Positions 9,233-18,833 are shown, counted from the first letter of the stretch. The stretch is DNA of 64,000 bases from an uncultured Verrucomicrobiae bacterium (GCA_963836755.1 CAWIKF010000002.1:512001-576000); one strand, 5' to 3'. Made by a program: numbers and translations. The notes: generated by a model not told the origin, from the letters alone.

Positions 9233-10549
9233 ATGTCGGACGCCCCCCAGCAAAACACTCTCGCCCGGTCGGCCACCGTAACCGGCACCGCGCTGCACAC
9301 GGGCGAAAAAGTCACGCTTACGTTGCATCCCGCGCCAGTCGGGTTCGGACGAAAATTTCAGCGCAAAGATTTGCCGGACGCGCCGATGATCGACGCGAAA
9401 ATCGAGAACGTAAAAACCGTGGAACGCGCGACGACGATCGGCGAGGGGAACGTGAAAGTTCATACGGTCGAGCATGTCCTCGCGGCGCTCGCAGGACTCG
9501 ATGTCGACAACGTTCTCATCGAAATGACCGCGAACGAGCCGCCGATCGCCGACGGCAGCGCGCGACCTTTTGTCGACGCAATTAAAAGCGCCGGCATTGC
9601 GCCGCAGGGAGCGCCGCGCGCGCATTTCCACGTGCACGAGCCATTGCACGTTGAGACGAAAACCGGGTCGCTGATGACGATCGTGCCCGACGACAAATTT
9701 CGCGTTTCATGCACGCAGGTTGGACCAAACGGACGTTTTACACAGTTCTACAGCACGGAAATCACGCCCGCGCTTTTCGAAAAAGAGATCGCGAGCGCGC
9801 GGACGTTCGTTTTTTACGAGGATGTGAAGCCTTTGATGGACAAAGGTTTGATCAAAGGCGGCAGTCTCGAGAGCGCGATCGTCGTGCGCGGCGACTCGGT
9901 TTTGAGCAAGGAGCCGCTCCGTTTTCCTGACGAATTCGTGCGGCACAAAATTTTGGACATCGTCGGCGATCTCGCGCTGTTCGGACGAAAAATCAAAGGC
10001 CACATCATTGCCGTGAAGCCGGGCCACGGGCCGAACACCGACCTCTCGCGCGCGCTCGGCAAGCAGTTTGCGAAGCTGATGACGCTGGTGCCGCCATCGA
10101 TCGTGCCGAAGGGCGGCGACGTGCTCGAGGTGAATGACGTGATGAAAATTCTGCCGCACCGGTATCCGTTTTTGCTGGTCGATCGCATCGTTGCCTTCGA
10201 GAGCGAAACAAAATGCACGGGGATTAAATCGGTGACGATCAACGAGCCTTTTTTCCAGGGACATTTTCCATCGCATCCGGTGATGCCGGGCGTTTTGCAG
10301 CTCGAGGCGATGGCGCAGGTGTCGAGCGTTTTGCTGATGCGCGCCTCGGGTGTCGCGGGGCAGATTGGCTATTTCATGAGCGCGGATGCGGTAAAATTTC
10401 GGAAGCCCGTTCTGCCCGGCGACACACTTTTCATCCACGTCGAATTGACGAAATGGAAAGGCAAGATCGCAAAGGCCACGGGTCGGTGCGTCGTGAACAA
10501 TGAGGTCGTCTCCGAGGCAGATATGATGTTCGGCCTCGTGGATCCGTGA
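9233..10549 (+). CDS. lpxC-fabZ: Bifunctional LpxC deacetylase / FabZ dehydratase
   Basis: LpxC motifs GTALHTG, TVEHVLAAL, RHKILDIVGDL; FabZ motifs LPHRYPFLLVD, FQGHFP..PVMPGVLQLEAMAQ. Confidence 0.96.
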   Translation: MSDAPQQNTLARSATVTGTALHTGEKVTLTLHPAPVGFGRKFQRKDLPDAPMIDAKIENVKTVERATTIGEGNVKVHTVEHVLAALAGLDVDNVLIEMTANEPPIADGSARPFVDAIKSAGIAPQGAPRAHFHVHEPLHVETKTGSLMTIVPDDKFRVSCTQVGPNGRFTQFYSTEITPALFEKEIASARTFVFYEDVKPLMDKGLIKGGSLESAIVVRGDSVLSKEPLRFPDEFVRHKILDIVGDLALFGRKIKGHIIAVKPGHGPNTDLSRALGKQFAKLMTLVPPSIVPKGGDVLEVNDVMKILPHRYPFLLVDRIVAFESETKCTGIKSVTINEPFFQGHFPSHPVMPGVLQLEAMAQVSSVLLMRASGVAGQIGYFMSADAVKFRKPVLPGDTLFIHVELTKWKGKIAKATGRCVVNNEVVSEADMMFGLVDP

Positions 10550-11370
10550 GCGCGCAAATCCACCCGACGGCGCTTGTCGCGCCCGGCGCGAAAATCGGCG
10601 CGGACGTTTTCATCGGGCCGTATTGCGTCATCGAAGATGGAGTGACGCTGGGCGACGGCTGCTGGCTGCAGCATCACGTGACGCTGACTGGCCTTTCCAC
10701 AATCGGCCGCGGCAATCGTTTTTTTTCGTTCACCTCGATCGGGCAGCAAACGCAGGATTTGAAATACACGGGAGAGCCGACCTGCCTTTTGATCGGTGAC
10801 AACAACTGCTTTCGCGAGTTTGTCACCGTGCATCGCGGCACAGCGCCAAACGCCTGCACGCGCATCGGCAACGCCGGCAATTTTCTCGCCTACAGCCACA
10901 TCGCGCACGATTGCGTGGTAGGCGACTCGGTGATTTTTTCCAACAACGGCACGATCGCCGGCCACGTGGAAGTCGGCGATCACGCCGTCATCGGCGGGCT
11001 GACGGCGATCCATCAATTTTGCCGCATCGGGCGCTTCGCGCTCACGGGCGGCTGCTCGAAAATCGTGCAGGACGTGCCGCCTTTCATGATTGCCGATGGC
11101 AACCCGGCATCGGTGCGCGGGATCAACCAAGTCGGCCTGGAGCGGCACGGTTTCAGCGACGAAACCATTCGTCATTTGCGCGAGGCATATCGGCTGCTTT
11201 ATCGCTCGCGTTTAAATGTAAAACAAGCGGAGGAAAAAATTCGCGAGTTGATTAACGGCACGCCGGAGGTCGAGCAGCTCCTCGATTTTATCGCGTCGAG
11301 CCAGCGCGGCATTATTCGGCGGCCGACTTTGCGCGCGGGCGCCGCGTTGCGCGAAGTCGCTTCGGATTAA
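10546..11370 (+). CDS. lpxA: UDP-N-acetylglucosamine acyltransferase
   Basis: IHPTALV, hexapeptide repeats, QDLKY, HIAHDC, HQFCRIG, QDVPPF; GTGA overlap with lpxC-fabZ. Confidence 0.96.
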   Translation: MSAQIHPTALVAPGAKIGADVFIGPYCVIEDGVTLGDGCWLQHHVTLTGLSTIGRGNRFFSFTSIGQQTQDLKYTGEPTCLLIGDNNCFREFVTVHRGTAPNACTRIGNAGNFLAYSHIAHDCVVGDSVIFSNNGTIAGHVEVGDHAVIGGLTAIHQFCRIGRFALTGGCSKIVQDVPPFMIADGNPASVRGINQVGLERHGFSDETIRHLREAYRLLYRSRLNVKQAEEKIRELINGTPEVEQLLDFIASSQRGIIRRPTLRAGAALREVASD

Positions 11371-11987
11371 TTTTTCCGGATCGGCGTGGTGTCGCGGACC
11401 GGGCCGTAGTCTTTCCAATCCTTCACGATGAAGTGCCACCACTCGCCGTGCATGCCGAAAAAGCCGCGGCTCAGCGCGTGCTGGAGCGTGAGGAGATTTT
11501 TCGCAACGACTGCGTTGTCGCCTTGATAATGAAGCGCGGCGCTGTGGGAAAATTGGTCAAAATCGGTCGGCATCGGCACGTCGCGCCCGCGCGCGTCCAC
11601 GAGCGTCGCATCGACCGCGACGCCCCATGTATGCAGGGCTCCGCCGCGTGAAGGGTCGGCGATGAACTCCGGCTTGTGGATGAAATCAAAAAGGACTTGC
11701 TGCGCGCGGAGCGGCCGATAGCCGTCCCAAATTTTCAAACCGAAACCTTGCTTGCGCAAAAGATATTGCGCGAGCCGCAGCCATTGCGCGACGCCTTCGC
11801 GCACGAGACAGCGCGTGCCCGGCGGGTAGATCGGTTTGCCCGTGATGTTCCGGTTGGTCGCGTAACGGAGATCGACGATGATGCTCGGATCGACGTTTTT
11901 GATATCCACCAGTGGTTCCTCCAGCCGATGCGGAGTCGCCGCACACAAAAGGCAGGGTAGCAGCCACAAAAAGAGAACGCGTTTCAC
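11367..11987 (-). CDS. Secreted D-Ala-D-Ala dipeptidase (peptidase M15D, VanX/DdpX family)
   Basis: Signal peptide, DLRYAT.RN, WDGYRP, HTWGVAVDATL, MPTDFD, EWWHF. Confidence 0.88.
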   Translation of the reverse strand: MKRVLFLWLLPCLLCAATPHRLEEPLVDIKNVDPSIIVDLRYATNRNITGKPIYPPGTRCLVREGVAQWLRLAQYLLRKQGFGLKIWDGYRPLRAQQVLFDFIHKPEFIADPSRGGALHTWGVAVDATLVDARGRDVPMPTDFDQFSHSAALHYQGDNAVVAKNLLTLQHALSRGFFGMHGEWWHFIVKDWKDYGPVRDTTPIRKN

Positions 11988-12104
11988 GGCTTCGCGTTGT
12001 GCTTTGCGCTCGCGAGCAATGCAAGGACTTTACAGCGGCATCGCGTCCGCGGCGTGGAAAAAAATTTTGGTTTCGCATGAGGCCTATTTTAGGCTGGCGC
12101 AGAC

Positions 12105-13091
12105 ATGTCGGTTTTTCGCGCCTTCGCCAACTTTGCCATCGCGCTCGGCGGGTTCGCGGTGACTTGCCTCGGCATTCACGTGCTCCTCCCGCTGCGCTTG
12201 AATCAACTCGACGAAAAGTTTCAATTTCTCGCGGAGCACGGCGAGGAGTTTGACACGATTTTTCTCGGCTCCAGCCGCACCTACCACGGGCTCTCGCCGG
12301 AGATTTTTGACGAAATGATGCGCGCCGCGGGCCAGCCGACGCATTCGTTTAATTTTGGCATTGATGGCATGCATTCACCCGAGCAACTCATCATCGCTCG
12401 CGAAATTTTAGCGATGGGTCCGCGCAAACTGAAACGCGTTTTCTTCGAGACTTCAAACTTGCGGCTATTCATCCATCCCGACCGGCTGACCACGCGCGAT
12501 GTTTACTGGCACAACCTTGACGGCCTCGCCTACGCGTGGCGAAAATGGAAAGTTGATCGGCGCAAAAAATCCGCGGACGAGGCGTGGAATGAATGGGTGA
12601 TTCACCTGCAATTCTTCGCGCAAAAACAATTCAACATCGGCCTGTGCACGCTCGGCCAAGTGCATGGAATCACCGTCTCACCCCTGGGTGAAAAACGCGA
12701 TGGCTTCATTCCTCCGCGTCCGCAGTTGCTCAGCGCCCGCGCGCAGTCGCTGATTGACGAGACCGCGAAAAAATTCCGTGCCGGGCTCACGTCCCGGCCG
12801 ATTGACGAGAGCGGCCGTGATGAACTGAAGTTGCTGCAAAAGGAAATGGCGGCCCACGGCGTGCAATTGTTTTTCTTCTCCACCGCCTCGCTCGACGATT
12901 TGGGTTCCGGCGTGGATGTGCCCGAAGGCGCACCGCTCTTTGCATACGATAATCCGGTCGCCTGCGCCTCGCTGTATGACGCGGCAAACCGCATCGACAA
13001 TGAACATTTGAATGCGCGAGGCGCGGCGGAATTCTCAAGGATGCTCGCGCGCGATTTTGCGGCGTGGTCGGCTCGTCACGAAAACAAGTAA
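12105..13091 (+). CDS. Membrane-anchored SGNH-like acyltransferase (AlgJ/DltD-type partner)
   Basis: N-terminal TM, FLGSSR (block I Ser), FNFGIDG, DNEHLN (DxxH); TAATG coupling to the MBOAT gene. Confidence 0.7.
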   Translation: MSVFRAFANFAIALGGFAVTCLGIHVLLPLRLNQLDEKFQFLAEHGEEFDTIFLGSSRTYHGLSPEIFDEMMRAAGQPTHSFNFGIDGMHSPEQLIIAREILAMGPRKLKRVFFETSNLRLFIHPDRLTTRDVYWHNLDGLAYAWRKWKVDRRKKSADEAWNEWVIHLQFFAQKQFNIGLCTLGQVHGITVSPLGEKRDGFIPPRPQLLSARAQSLIDETAKKFRAGLTSRPIDESGRDELKLLQKEMAAHGVQLFFFSTASLDDLGSGVDVPEGAPLFAYDNPVACASLYDAANRIDNEHLNARGAAEFSRMLARDFAAWSARHENK

Positions 13092-14569
13092 TGCTTTTCG
13101 TCGAGTTTCGCTTTTTTGTTTTTTTCCTGTTCGTGCTCGGCGTGCACTGGACCCTGCACTCAAACACCGCGCGCAAAGTATTTTTGCTAATCTGCAGCTA
13201 CTTTTTTTACGCCTGTTTTTTTGTCGGCGATCCGCTGAGTTTCGTAGCGAAAATCAGCGCGGGGCAATGGTCGCAGTTGCCGCCTGGCTGGTGGTTTCCC
13301 TTCGTGTTGCTTGGCTCGACGTGCATGGATTTCGCCGTCGGTCTCGGGCTGGAAAATAGTGCGACGGAACCGAAACGCCGCGCCTGGATGTTCGTCAGTC
13401 TCGCCATCAATCTCGGGGTTCTTTGTTACTTTAAATACTTCAACTTCTTCGTCGGCTCGGCGGCCGATTTTCTCCGCTGGATCGGGCTGCCCGCATCGCT
13501 CCACACGCTGAAAATCATCCTGCCCTACGGCATCAGTTTTTACACGTTCCAGTCGATGAGTTACACAATCGAGGTCTATCGGCGACATCGTCCGGCGGAG
13601 AGGAGCTTTCTCGACCTCGCGTTTTTCATCGCGTTTTTCCCGCAGCTCGTCGCGGGGCCGATCGTGCGGGCGATGACGTTTTTGCCGCAAACCAAGACGC
13701 CACGGGACTTCGCGCGCGACGTGGACGTGCGCGGCGCGCTCGTGCAGTTCATGATCGGCTTCATCAAAAAGGCGTGTATCGCCGGCGCCGTCGCGCCTTT
13801 GGTCGATCAATATTTCGACGCTCCGGGAAAATTCAACGCGCTCAGCGCGTGGCTCGCCGTGCTGCTTTACGCGGTGCAAATCTACGGCGATTTTTCCGGC
13901 TACACCGACATGGCCATCGCCACGGCGCGACTGCTCGGCTACGAGCTGACGGTCAATTTCGATTTCCCGTATTTCGCGCGCAGCGTGACTGATTTCTGGC
14001 GGCGCTGGCACATCAGCCTTTCCACATGGCTGCGCGATTATCTTTACATTTCGCTCGGCGGGAATCGCGGGTCGCTGATTTTTACCTATCGCAATTTATT
14101 TTTGACCATGCTGCTCGGCGGCTTGTGGCACGGAGCCTCGTGGCACTTTGTTTTGTGGGGCGCATTGCACGGCACGGCGTTGGTCGTGCATCGCGAGTGG
14201 AAACGGCACACCGCTGGGTTAAAGATACCGGCGATTTTCGCCAGTTCGTTCTTCACGACGGCGCTCACGTTTTACTTTACCTGCGTCGCTTGGATTTTCT
14301 TTCGAGCGAGCGATTTAAAACAGGCGAAGTTGATTTGCAACGCGTTCATCCTGTGGAAAACCCACGGCGTGCGATCGCTCGATCTTCGCTATTTCTGGCT
14401 GTTTGCCGGCCTTGCGCTCGTCCATTGGCTCAATCGGCAACGCGTCTTCGCGACGTGGTGGCGGCGAGCGCCTGATGCGTGGTTTGCCGGCAGTTATGGT
14501 GCAGCAACCGCTGTGGTCTTCCTGTTTCTTCCGCAGAAGACCACTCCGTTTATTTACTTTCAGTTTTAG
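13091..14569 (+). CDS. MBOAT O-acyltransferase (AlgI/DltB family)
   Basis: LPYGISFYTFQ, FFPQLVAGPI, DFSGYTDMA, FWRRWHISLS, GLWHGA, C-terminal FIYFQF. Confidence 0.95.
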   Translation: MLFVEFRFFVFFLFVLGVHWTLHSNTARKVFLLICSYFFYACFFVGDPLSFVAKISAGQWSQLPPGWWFPFVLLGSTCMDFAVGLGLENSATEPKRRAWMFVSLAINLGVLCYFKYFNFFVGSAADFLRWIGLPASLHTLKIILPYGISFYTFQSMSYTIEVYRRHRPAERSFLDLAFFIAFFPQLVAGPIVRAMTFLPQTKTPRDFARDVDVRGALVQFMIGFIKKACIAGAVAPLVDQYFDAPGKFNALSAWLAVLLYAVQIYGDFSGYTDMAIATARLLGYELTVNFDFPYFARSVTDFWRRWHISLSTWLRDYLYISLGGNRGSLIFTYRNLFLTMLLGGLWHGASWHFVLWGALHGTALVVHREWKRHTAGLKIPAIFASSFFTTALTFYFTCVAWIFFRASDLKQAKLICNAFILWKTHGVRSLDLRYFWLFAGLALVHWLNRQRVFATWWRRAPDAWFAGSYGAATAVVFLFLPQKTTPFIYFQF

Positions 14570-14842
14570 CTATTCACTCGGCGAAGAGCGCACATCGTCC
14601 ACCAATTTTGAGATCGCGTAAATAAATGTGGCCGGCTTCACCAGCAGCAGCGTCAGCTTGATGATCGCGACGATCATCCAACGCAGCGGCAATTGCGCGA
14701 GCAGAAATCCCGCACCCATGGCCACCAGCGCCGCCTTGGCCGGATTGCTCCGCACATACGCTTCGCCGTCCTCGTAAAAGCGGTCGAGATTTTGTTGCGC
14801 AGCTTTTTTGCCCGCAGAAATGGTTTCGGTGATGTCTTGCAT
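14570..14842 (-). CDS. Small membrane protein, ElaB/YqjD (DUF883)-like
   Basis: From MQDITE: AYVRSNPAKAALVAMGAGFLL followed by a second hydrophobic helix. Confidence 0.6.
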   Translation of the reverse strand: MQDITETISAGKKAAQQNLDRFYEDGEAYVRSNPAKAALVAMGAGFLLAQLPLRWMIVAIIKLTLLLVKPATFIYAISKLVDDVRSSPSE

Positions 14843-14909
14843 ATTTGAATCTGTATCGGCGCGCGCGCTTTCCGCGCGCTCTTTTTCCAAGCGCGAGTGA
14901 CCGCACGAC

Positions 14910-15311
14910 TTACTGCGTCGAGGCGGTCTTGGATTTTTTAAACGCTTCGATGGACTTTTTTTCATCTCCCAAATCCTGGTAGGCGATCGCGAGCTTATTC
15001 CACGCGTCGGAAAAATTCGGATCTAATTTCAGCGTGTTTTGATACGCGGTGATCGCTTCCTGAAAGCGTCCTTCCTCGAGACAAAGATTCCCGAGAGCGA
15101 ATGTGTCGGCGATTTTTTCCGTGTCGGGCAAAGGCGCTTCCGCCGGCAGCTCCAACGCGTGCGCCGATGGCGGAGGCGGCGGCAGCGCGACGAGTTCGGG
15201 CTTTTTCGCCAGCGAAAACGCGGCGGATTGCCCCGGCGGCACGTGGTGGACATACGAGCAGCCAGCGGTGAGCGCCGCAGCGCTAACGATGAGTTTTGTG
15301 AAAACTTTCAT
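14910..15311 (-). CDS. TPR lipoprotein
   Basis: Lipobox TAGC, Pro-rich linker, two TPRs (FALGNLCLEEGRFQEAITAYQNTLKLDPNFSDAWNKLAIAY). Confidence 0.85.
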   Translation of the reverse strand: MKVFTKLIVSAAALTAGCSYVHHVPPGQSAAFSLAKKPELVALPPPPPSAHALELPAEAPLPDTEKIADTFALGNLCLEEGRFQEAITAYQNTLKLDPNFSDAWNKLAIAYQDLGDEKKSIEAFKKSKTASTQ

Positions 15312-15370
15312 GGCACATCGCTAAGCATGAACTCTGCCCAATCTCGCCGGGCGCGCGGTTTTCGCAAAAG

Positions 15371-15601
15371 CTACTGCGCAGCAGCGGGCAGCGTCGGGCC
15401 GCCCGTCGCTGGCGTCGCCGCCGCTGGATTTGCGCTGGGCGAAGTCGTATCGAGCGGCGGCAGCTCCGGCGCGTCGGCGCGACTGCGGACGCGCAGATTT
15501 TTCGGCGGCCGATTTTCATACATCACGCGGTCATGCGTCTGGCAGGCTGCGGCGCCGGCCAGCAGGCCGAGCAGGAGAAAGGTTCGCAATGGGAGGTGCA
15601 T
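15371..15601 (-). CDS. Small hypothetical lipoprotein
   Basis: MHLPLRTFLLLGLLAGAAAC lipoprotein signal, Pro/Ala-rich tail, co-oriented with neighbours. Confidence 0.6.
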   Translation of the reverse strand: MHLPLRTFLLLGLLAGAAACQTHDRVMYENRPPKNLRVRSRADAPELPPLDTTSPSANPAAATPATGGPTLPAAAQ

Positions 15602-15647
15602 CGTTGAGGAACTTTGACGCGAATGGCGCGCGCGCGCAAGGCAATCG

Positions 15648-17162
15648 TCAGGCATCCGCGAGATCGAGCCGGTGCCGGAAAATGTTTTCGAGAATTTTCA
15701 CCGCCATTTCAAAAATGTTGAACGGCTTAATGATGAAATCCTCATGTCCGCTCATCGTGCTCGGCAGCGGCTGGTCGCGCGACGCGGGCGGTGGCATTAG
15801 CACCAGGATCGGCGTGCGGTGGTGCAGCTTGAAACTGCGCATCCAGAGAATGGATTCCGGCCAGCCCGCCTCGCGCACGCCGGGCTCGAGCACGATGAGA
15901 TCGCAATCCTGCTCCGCCAGCGCATTCATGCGCGCAGTCGGGTAATTGAGCGCTGAAATATCCATGTCGATCAACCGCAGCGCGGCAATCATCGGCTCTT
16001 CCGCGTCATCGCTGACCACGCAAATTTTCGCGCGAAATAAATCACGCGCGGCCGACAGCTGATCACGCGCCAAAAGCCGTCGCAGCGTCTCCACTCCGCG
16101 GTTCACAGTCTGTGCACGCGGCGCGTCTAGCTGTTCCGGCACCTTGCAAAAATCTCCGAGCAAAGCCTCGAGCGTGGACGCCATGCAGCGCACCGCGCGG
16201 AACTCCTTCGGCGAATCTGCGTGCTGCGCAAGAGCGCGTGCGCTGCCGAATAAAGCGTGCAGCGGAAGCCGGTCGCGCAGGTTTGCCTGCAGCCGCTCGT
16301 TTGCTGCCCGGATCGCCTCGGAAGCGGCCTGCAGCGAGGCTTCCGGCGCTTCGAGCTGTGGCAGCAGCGGCGAAAGAAATTCTGAAGATTCCGGTATGGA
16401 AACCTCGCGCACGTGATTGTTCAGGCCGGACAAAAATTTGTCCGATCCTGCGGAAAATTCTTCGTGCGTTTTTTCGTCCGTAACCGCCAGTTTCTCTATC
16501 GCCACGCTCGGGTCTGACAAAGGAGCTACTGTGCGGCTGCCGATGAGGTGGTTCACCTCGACTTCTGCCTCTCGCACCCGCTGCAGACCGCCGACAAGAT
16601 TGTTCCAGCGCTTCGTCAGCAGCTCCACTTCGCGATGCGCGGCGGCAACTTCTTCGTTCATTTTTTCATGCCCCGCGCGCAGTTGATCGCCTTGCTCCTC
16701 GAGCGCGCGCAGGCGCGCGGCGCGCTCGTGCAAAAGTTTTTGTGCGGCCTCAAATTTTTCGTTCAGCGTGATGAGCTCGCGATGAGTTTTTTCATGCCGT
16801 TCCTGTTCGCTCTTGAGCTCAGAAGCTGCAACTGCAAGTTGCTTGCGTAAATCTTGCGAGGCGATCCAGGCAAAGTTTCCTGGAAAAAAAATCGCTTCCA
16901 CATCGCCGAGACGCAGCAGCGAGCGGCTCGTCAATTCAGCTTCCTTGACGGCGCTTCCATTGACGAATGTCCGCTGGTCATCATCGAGATTCGCGAGCTC
17001 GTGGCTTTTTCCATTCCACGTCAGCAGCACGTGCCGGTTTGCGACTGATGGGTCATCGACTCGGATGTCGCAATCGTCGCCGCGGCCGATGAGGAGGGCT
17101 TCGCCGGCGATCTCGTGTGTGAGGTCGCCTACGCCGGGAACCGTGATCAAAAGCGTGGCCAT
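15648..17162 (-). CDS. FHA / coiled-coil / degenerate receiver-domain signalling protein
   Basis: FHA (LIGRGDDCD...SVANRH...TFVNG), coiled coil, helical region, receiver-like end (KICVVSDD...DLIVLE...TPILVL...FIIKPF). Confidence 0.78.
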   Translation of the reverse strand: MATLLITVPGVGDLTHEIAGEALLIGRGDDCDIRVDDPSVANRHVLLTWNGKSHELANLDDDQRTFVNGSAVKEAELTSRSLLRLGDVEAIFFPGNFAWIASQDLRKQLAVAASELKSEQERHEKTHRELITLNEKFEAAQKLLHERAARLRALEEQGDQLRAGHEKMNEEVAAAHREVELLTKRWNNLVGGLQRVREAEVEVNHLIGSRTVAPLSDPSVAIEKLAVTDEKTHEEFSAGSDKFLSGLNNHVREVSIPESSEFLSPLLPQLEAPEASLQAASEAIRAANERLQANLRDRLPLHALFGSARALAQHADSPKEFRAVRCMASTLEALLGDFCKVPEQLDAPRAQTVNRGVETLRRLLARDQLSAARDLFRAKICVVSDDAEEPMIAALRLIDMDISALNYPTARMNALAEQDCDLIVLEPGVREAGWPESILWMRSFKLHHRTPILVLMPPPASRDQPLPSTMSGHEDFIIKPFNIFEMAVKILENIFRHRLDLADA

Positions 17163-17221
17163 GAACGCGAAACCGCGATTCTGAACCGGCGGCGCCGCGG
17201 AGTCAAACCATGCGGACGCCG

Positions 17222-17237
17222 TGGCATATCGGCTGCT
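17222..17237 (+). promoter_or_regulatory. Putative sigma54 (-24/-12) promoter
   Basis: TGGCAT-ATCGG-CTGCT with correct GG-N10-GC spacing, upstream of ATG 17253. Confidence 0.45.
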
Positions 17238-17252
17238 ATTTGATCAGGAGAA

Positions 17253-17795
17253 ATGAAGAAGTATTTTCCCCTGCTGATCGCGCTTTTGCTTTTCGCCGGC
17301 GCGTCCCGTTCCTACGGATTCGCGGTTTATTTTTCGTCGTATGGCAGCATGCGGACGGTATACGCGACGGGCTATCCACCGGAATATGCGCGCGCCGTCG
17401 CGCCGACTTCCTATGCCAGCGCCTCGCTCGTAAAAGCTTCGCGGATCGCTTATCAGCACGCTTATCCGCATTCCCGCGGAGTCTGCTGGAAATTTGTCAA
17501 AAATGCGCTGCTTGCGGCTGGCGCGGTGTCGAGTCGCCCGACTTCCTCGTATGCATTTCAAGCCGCGGGCGAGCTGACCGGCCGCTACGGGTTCATCGAC
17601 ACCGGCCTTCGGAATCCTTACAGCGCGCCGGTCGGTGCGGTGATCGTCTATGGCGGTCACGGTAGCGGCCATGTGGAGCTGCGGACCGAGCGCGGCTTTG
17701 CCTCGGATTATCGCAGTCCGTATCGATGCGCCTATTCGCACGTGATCGGCATTTACGTGAAAGCGCCGCGCGTGGAGCTGGCGTCGGCGAATTAG
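17253..17795 (+). CDS. Secreted Cys-His hydrolase-like protein (CHAP/NlpC-P60-like), paralog 1
   Basis: AGGAG RBS, signal peptide, CWKFVKNAL, PVGAVIVYGG, GHVE, GFASDY. Confidence 0.75.
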   Translation: MKKYFPLLIALLLFAGASRSYGFAVYFSSYGSMRTVYATGYPPEYARAVAPTSYASASLVKASRIAYQHAYPHSRGVCWKFVKNALLAAGAVSSRPTSSYAFQAAGELTGRYGFIDTGLRNPYSAPVGAVIVYGGHGSGHVELRTERGFASDYRSPYRCAYSHVIGIYVKAPRVELASAN

Positions 17796-17883
17796 CAGTT
17801 GTCAAAATATCCCAGGTGAGACTGGCGGCGGCGCGGCTTTGATGCTATATCTCGCGCGAACTTTGCTCTCAAGCCGACCGAAA

Positions 17884-18789
17884 ATGAACGCAGACCTGGC
17901 GACAAAGCCCGACACAATGCTCGCGGAATCCGATGCGAATCTTTTCCGAGAAAATTTCAACAAGCAGAGCTTCGAGTTCCATCATCATCTCGCCACGCAT
18001 CCGCTCTTCGAGCTGCCGCGGCTGTGCGAGCTCGGCGACCTGCTGAGCAAAACCGGTAGCTATTATTTCAATGCCGGCAATGTGGCAGTCGACGAGACTT
18101 ACGATGAAGCGGCGATGAAGCAATTTTCGCTCGAGGACGTGATCCGGCGGATTGAAAGTTCCAGCGCGTGGATCGTTCTCAAAAGCGTGCAGCAGGATCC
18201 CGACTACCGCATTTTGCTCGACGATTGCATGGCGGAAATCGAACGGTTCAGCGACCGGAATTTGCGGGATAACATGCGCGATTTGAAAGCGTCGATCGTC
18301 GTCACCTCCCCACGCCGCGTGACGCTTTACCACATCGACTCCGACTGCAATTTCCTGTTCCAGATTCGTGGCAGCAAAACCTTCAGCACCTTTGATCAGA
18401 ACGACCGCGCGATTCTTTCCGAGGAGGAAATCGAGCGCTATTATCTCGGCGACCAGAACGGCGCGAAATATCGCGATCAATTCCAGAACCGCGCGACCGT
18501 TTACCAGATGACTCCCGGGAATGCCGTGCACGTCCCGGTCCTCGCGCCGCACTGGGCGAAAAATAACGACAACGTCTCCGTCTCACTCAGCATCAATTTC
18601 GAGCTGCTCGCGGCCGACCGGCGCGCGAACGTTTATCGCTTCAACCATTATCTGCGGCGCGCCGGCCTCAAGCCACAGGCACCCGGCCACTCGGCGCTGC
18701 GCGACAGCGCGAAGCAGCTCGCCTTCAAGGGACTCAACCGCGCGCTCAGCTTCCGCGCGAGGCTAAAGCCCGCCCGGCGCAAGAGTTGA
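17884..18789 (+). CDS. JmjC/cupin-like Fe(II)/2-oxoglutarate oxygenase
   Basis: HxD...H metal triad (YHIDSD ... APHW), NFLFQIRGSK, PGNAVHVP, VSVSLSINF. Confidence 0.8.
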   Translation: MNADLATKPDTMLAESDANLFRENFNKQSFEFHHHLATHPLFELPRLCELGDLLSKTGSYYFNAGNVAVDETYDEAAMKQFSLEDVIRRIESSSAWIVLKSVQQDPDYRILLDDCMAEIERFSDRNLRDNMRDLKASIVVTSPRRVTLYHIDSDCNFLFQIRGSKTFSTFDQNDRAILSEEEIERYYLGDQNGAKYRDQFQNRATVYQMTPGNAVHVPVLAPHWAKNNDNVSVSLSINFELLAADRRANVYRFNHYLRRAGLKPQAPGHSALRDSAKQLAFKGLNRALSFRARLKPARRKS

Positions 18790-18803
18790 TCCAGCCGGTG
18801 CTG

Positions 18804-18819
18804 TGGCACCAGTATTGCT
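18804..18819 (+). promoter_or_regulatory. Sigma54 (-24/-12) promoter of the NRPS/PKS operon
   Basis: TGGCAC-CAGTA-TTGCT is an exact match to TGGCAC-N5-TTGCW, lying in the short gap before the first NRPS gene. Confidence 0.7.
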
Positions 18820-18833
18820 AGAAAATGGTGCCG

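Noticed and set aside
11367..11987. VanX-like gene as evidence of glycopeptide resistance
   Set aside because: No vanH, vanA or vanRS nearby; the protein has a signal peptide; Ddl keeps the omega-loop Tyr (KNKY) typical of D-Ala-D-Ala ligases.
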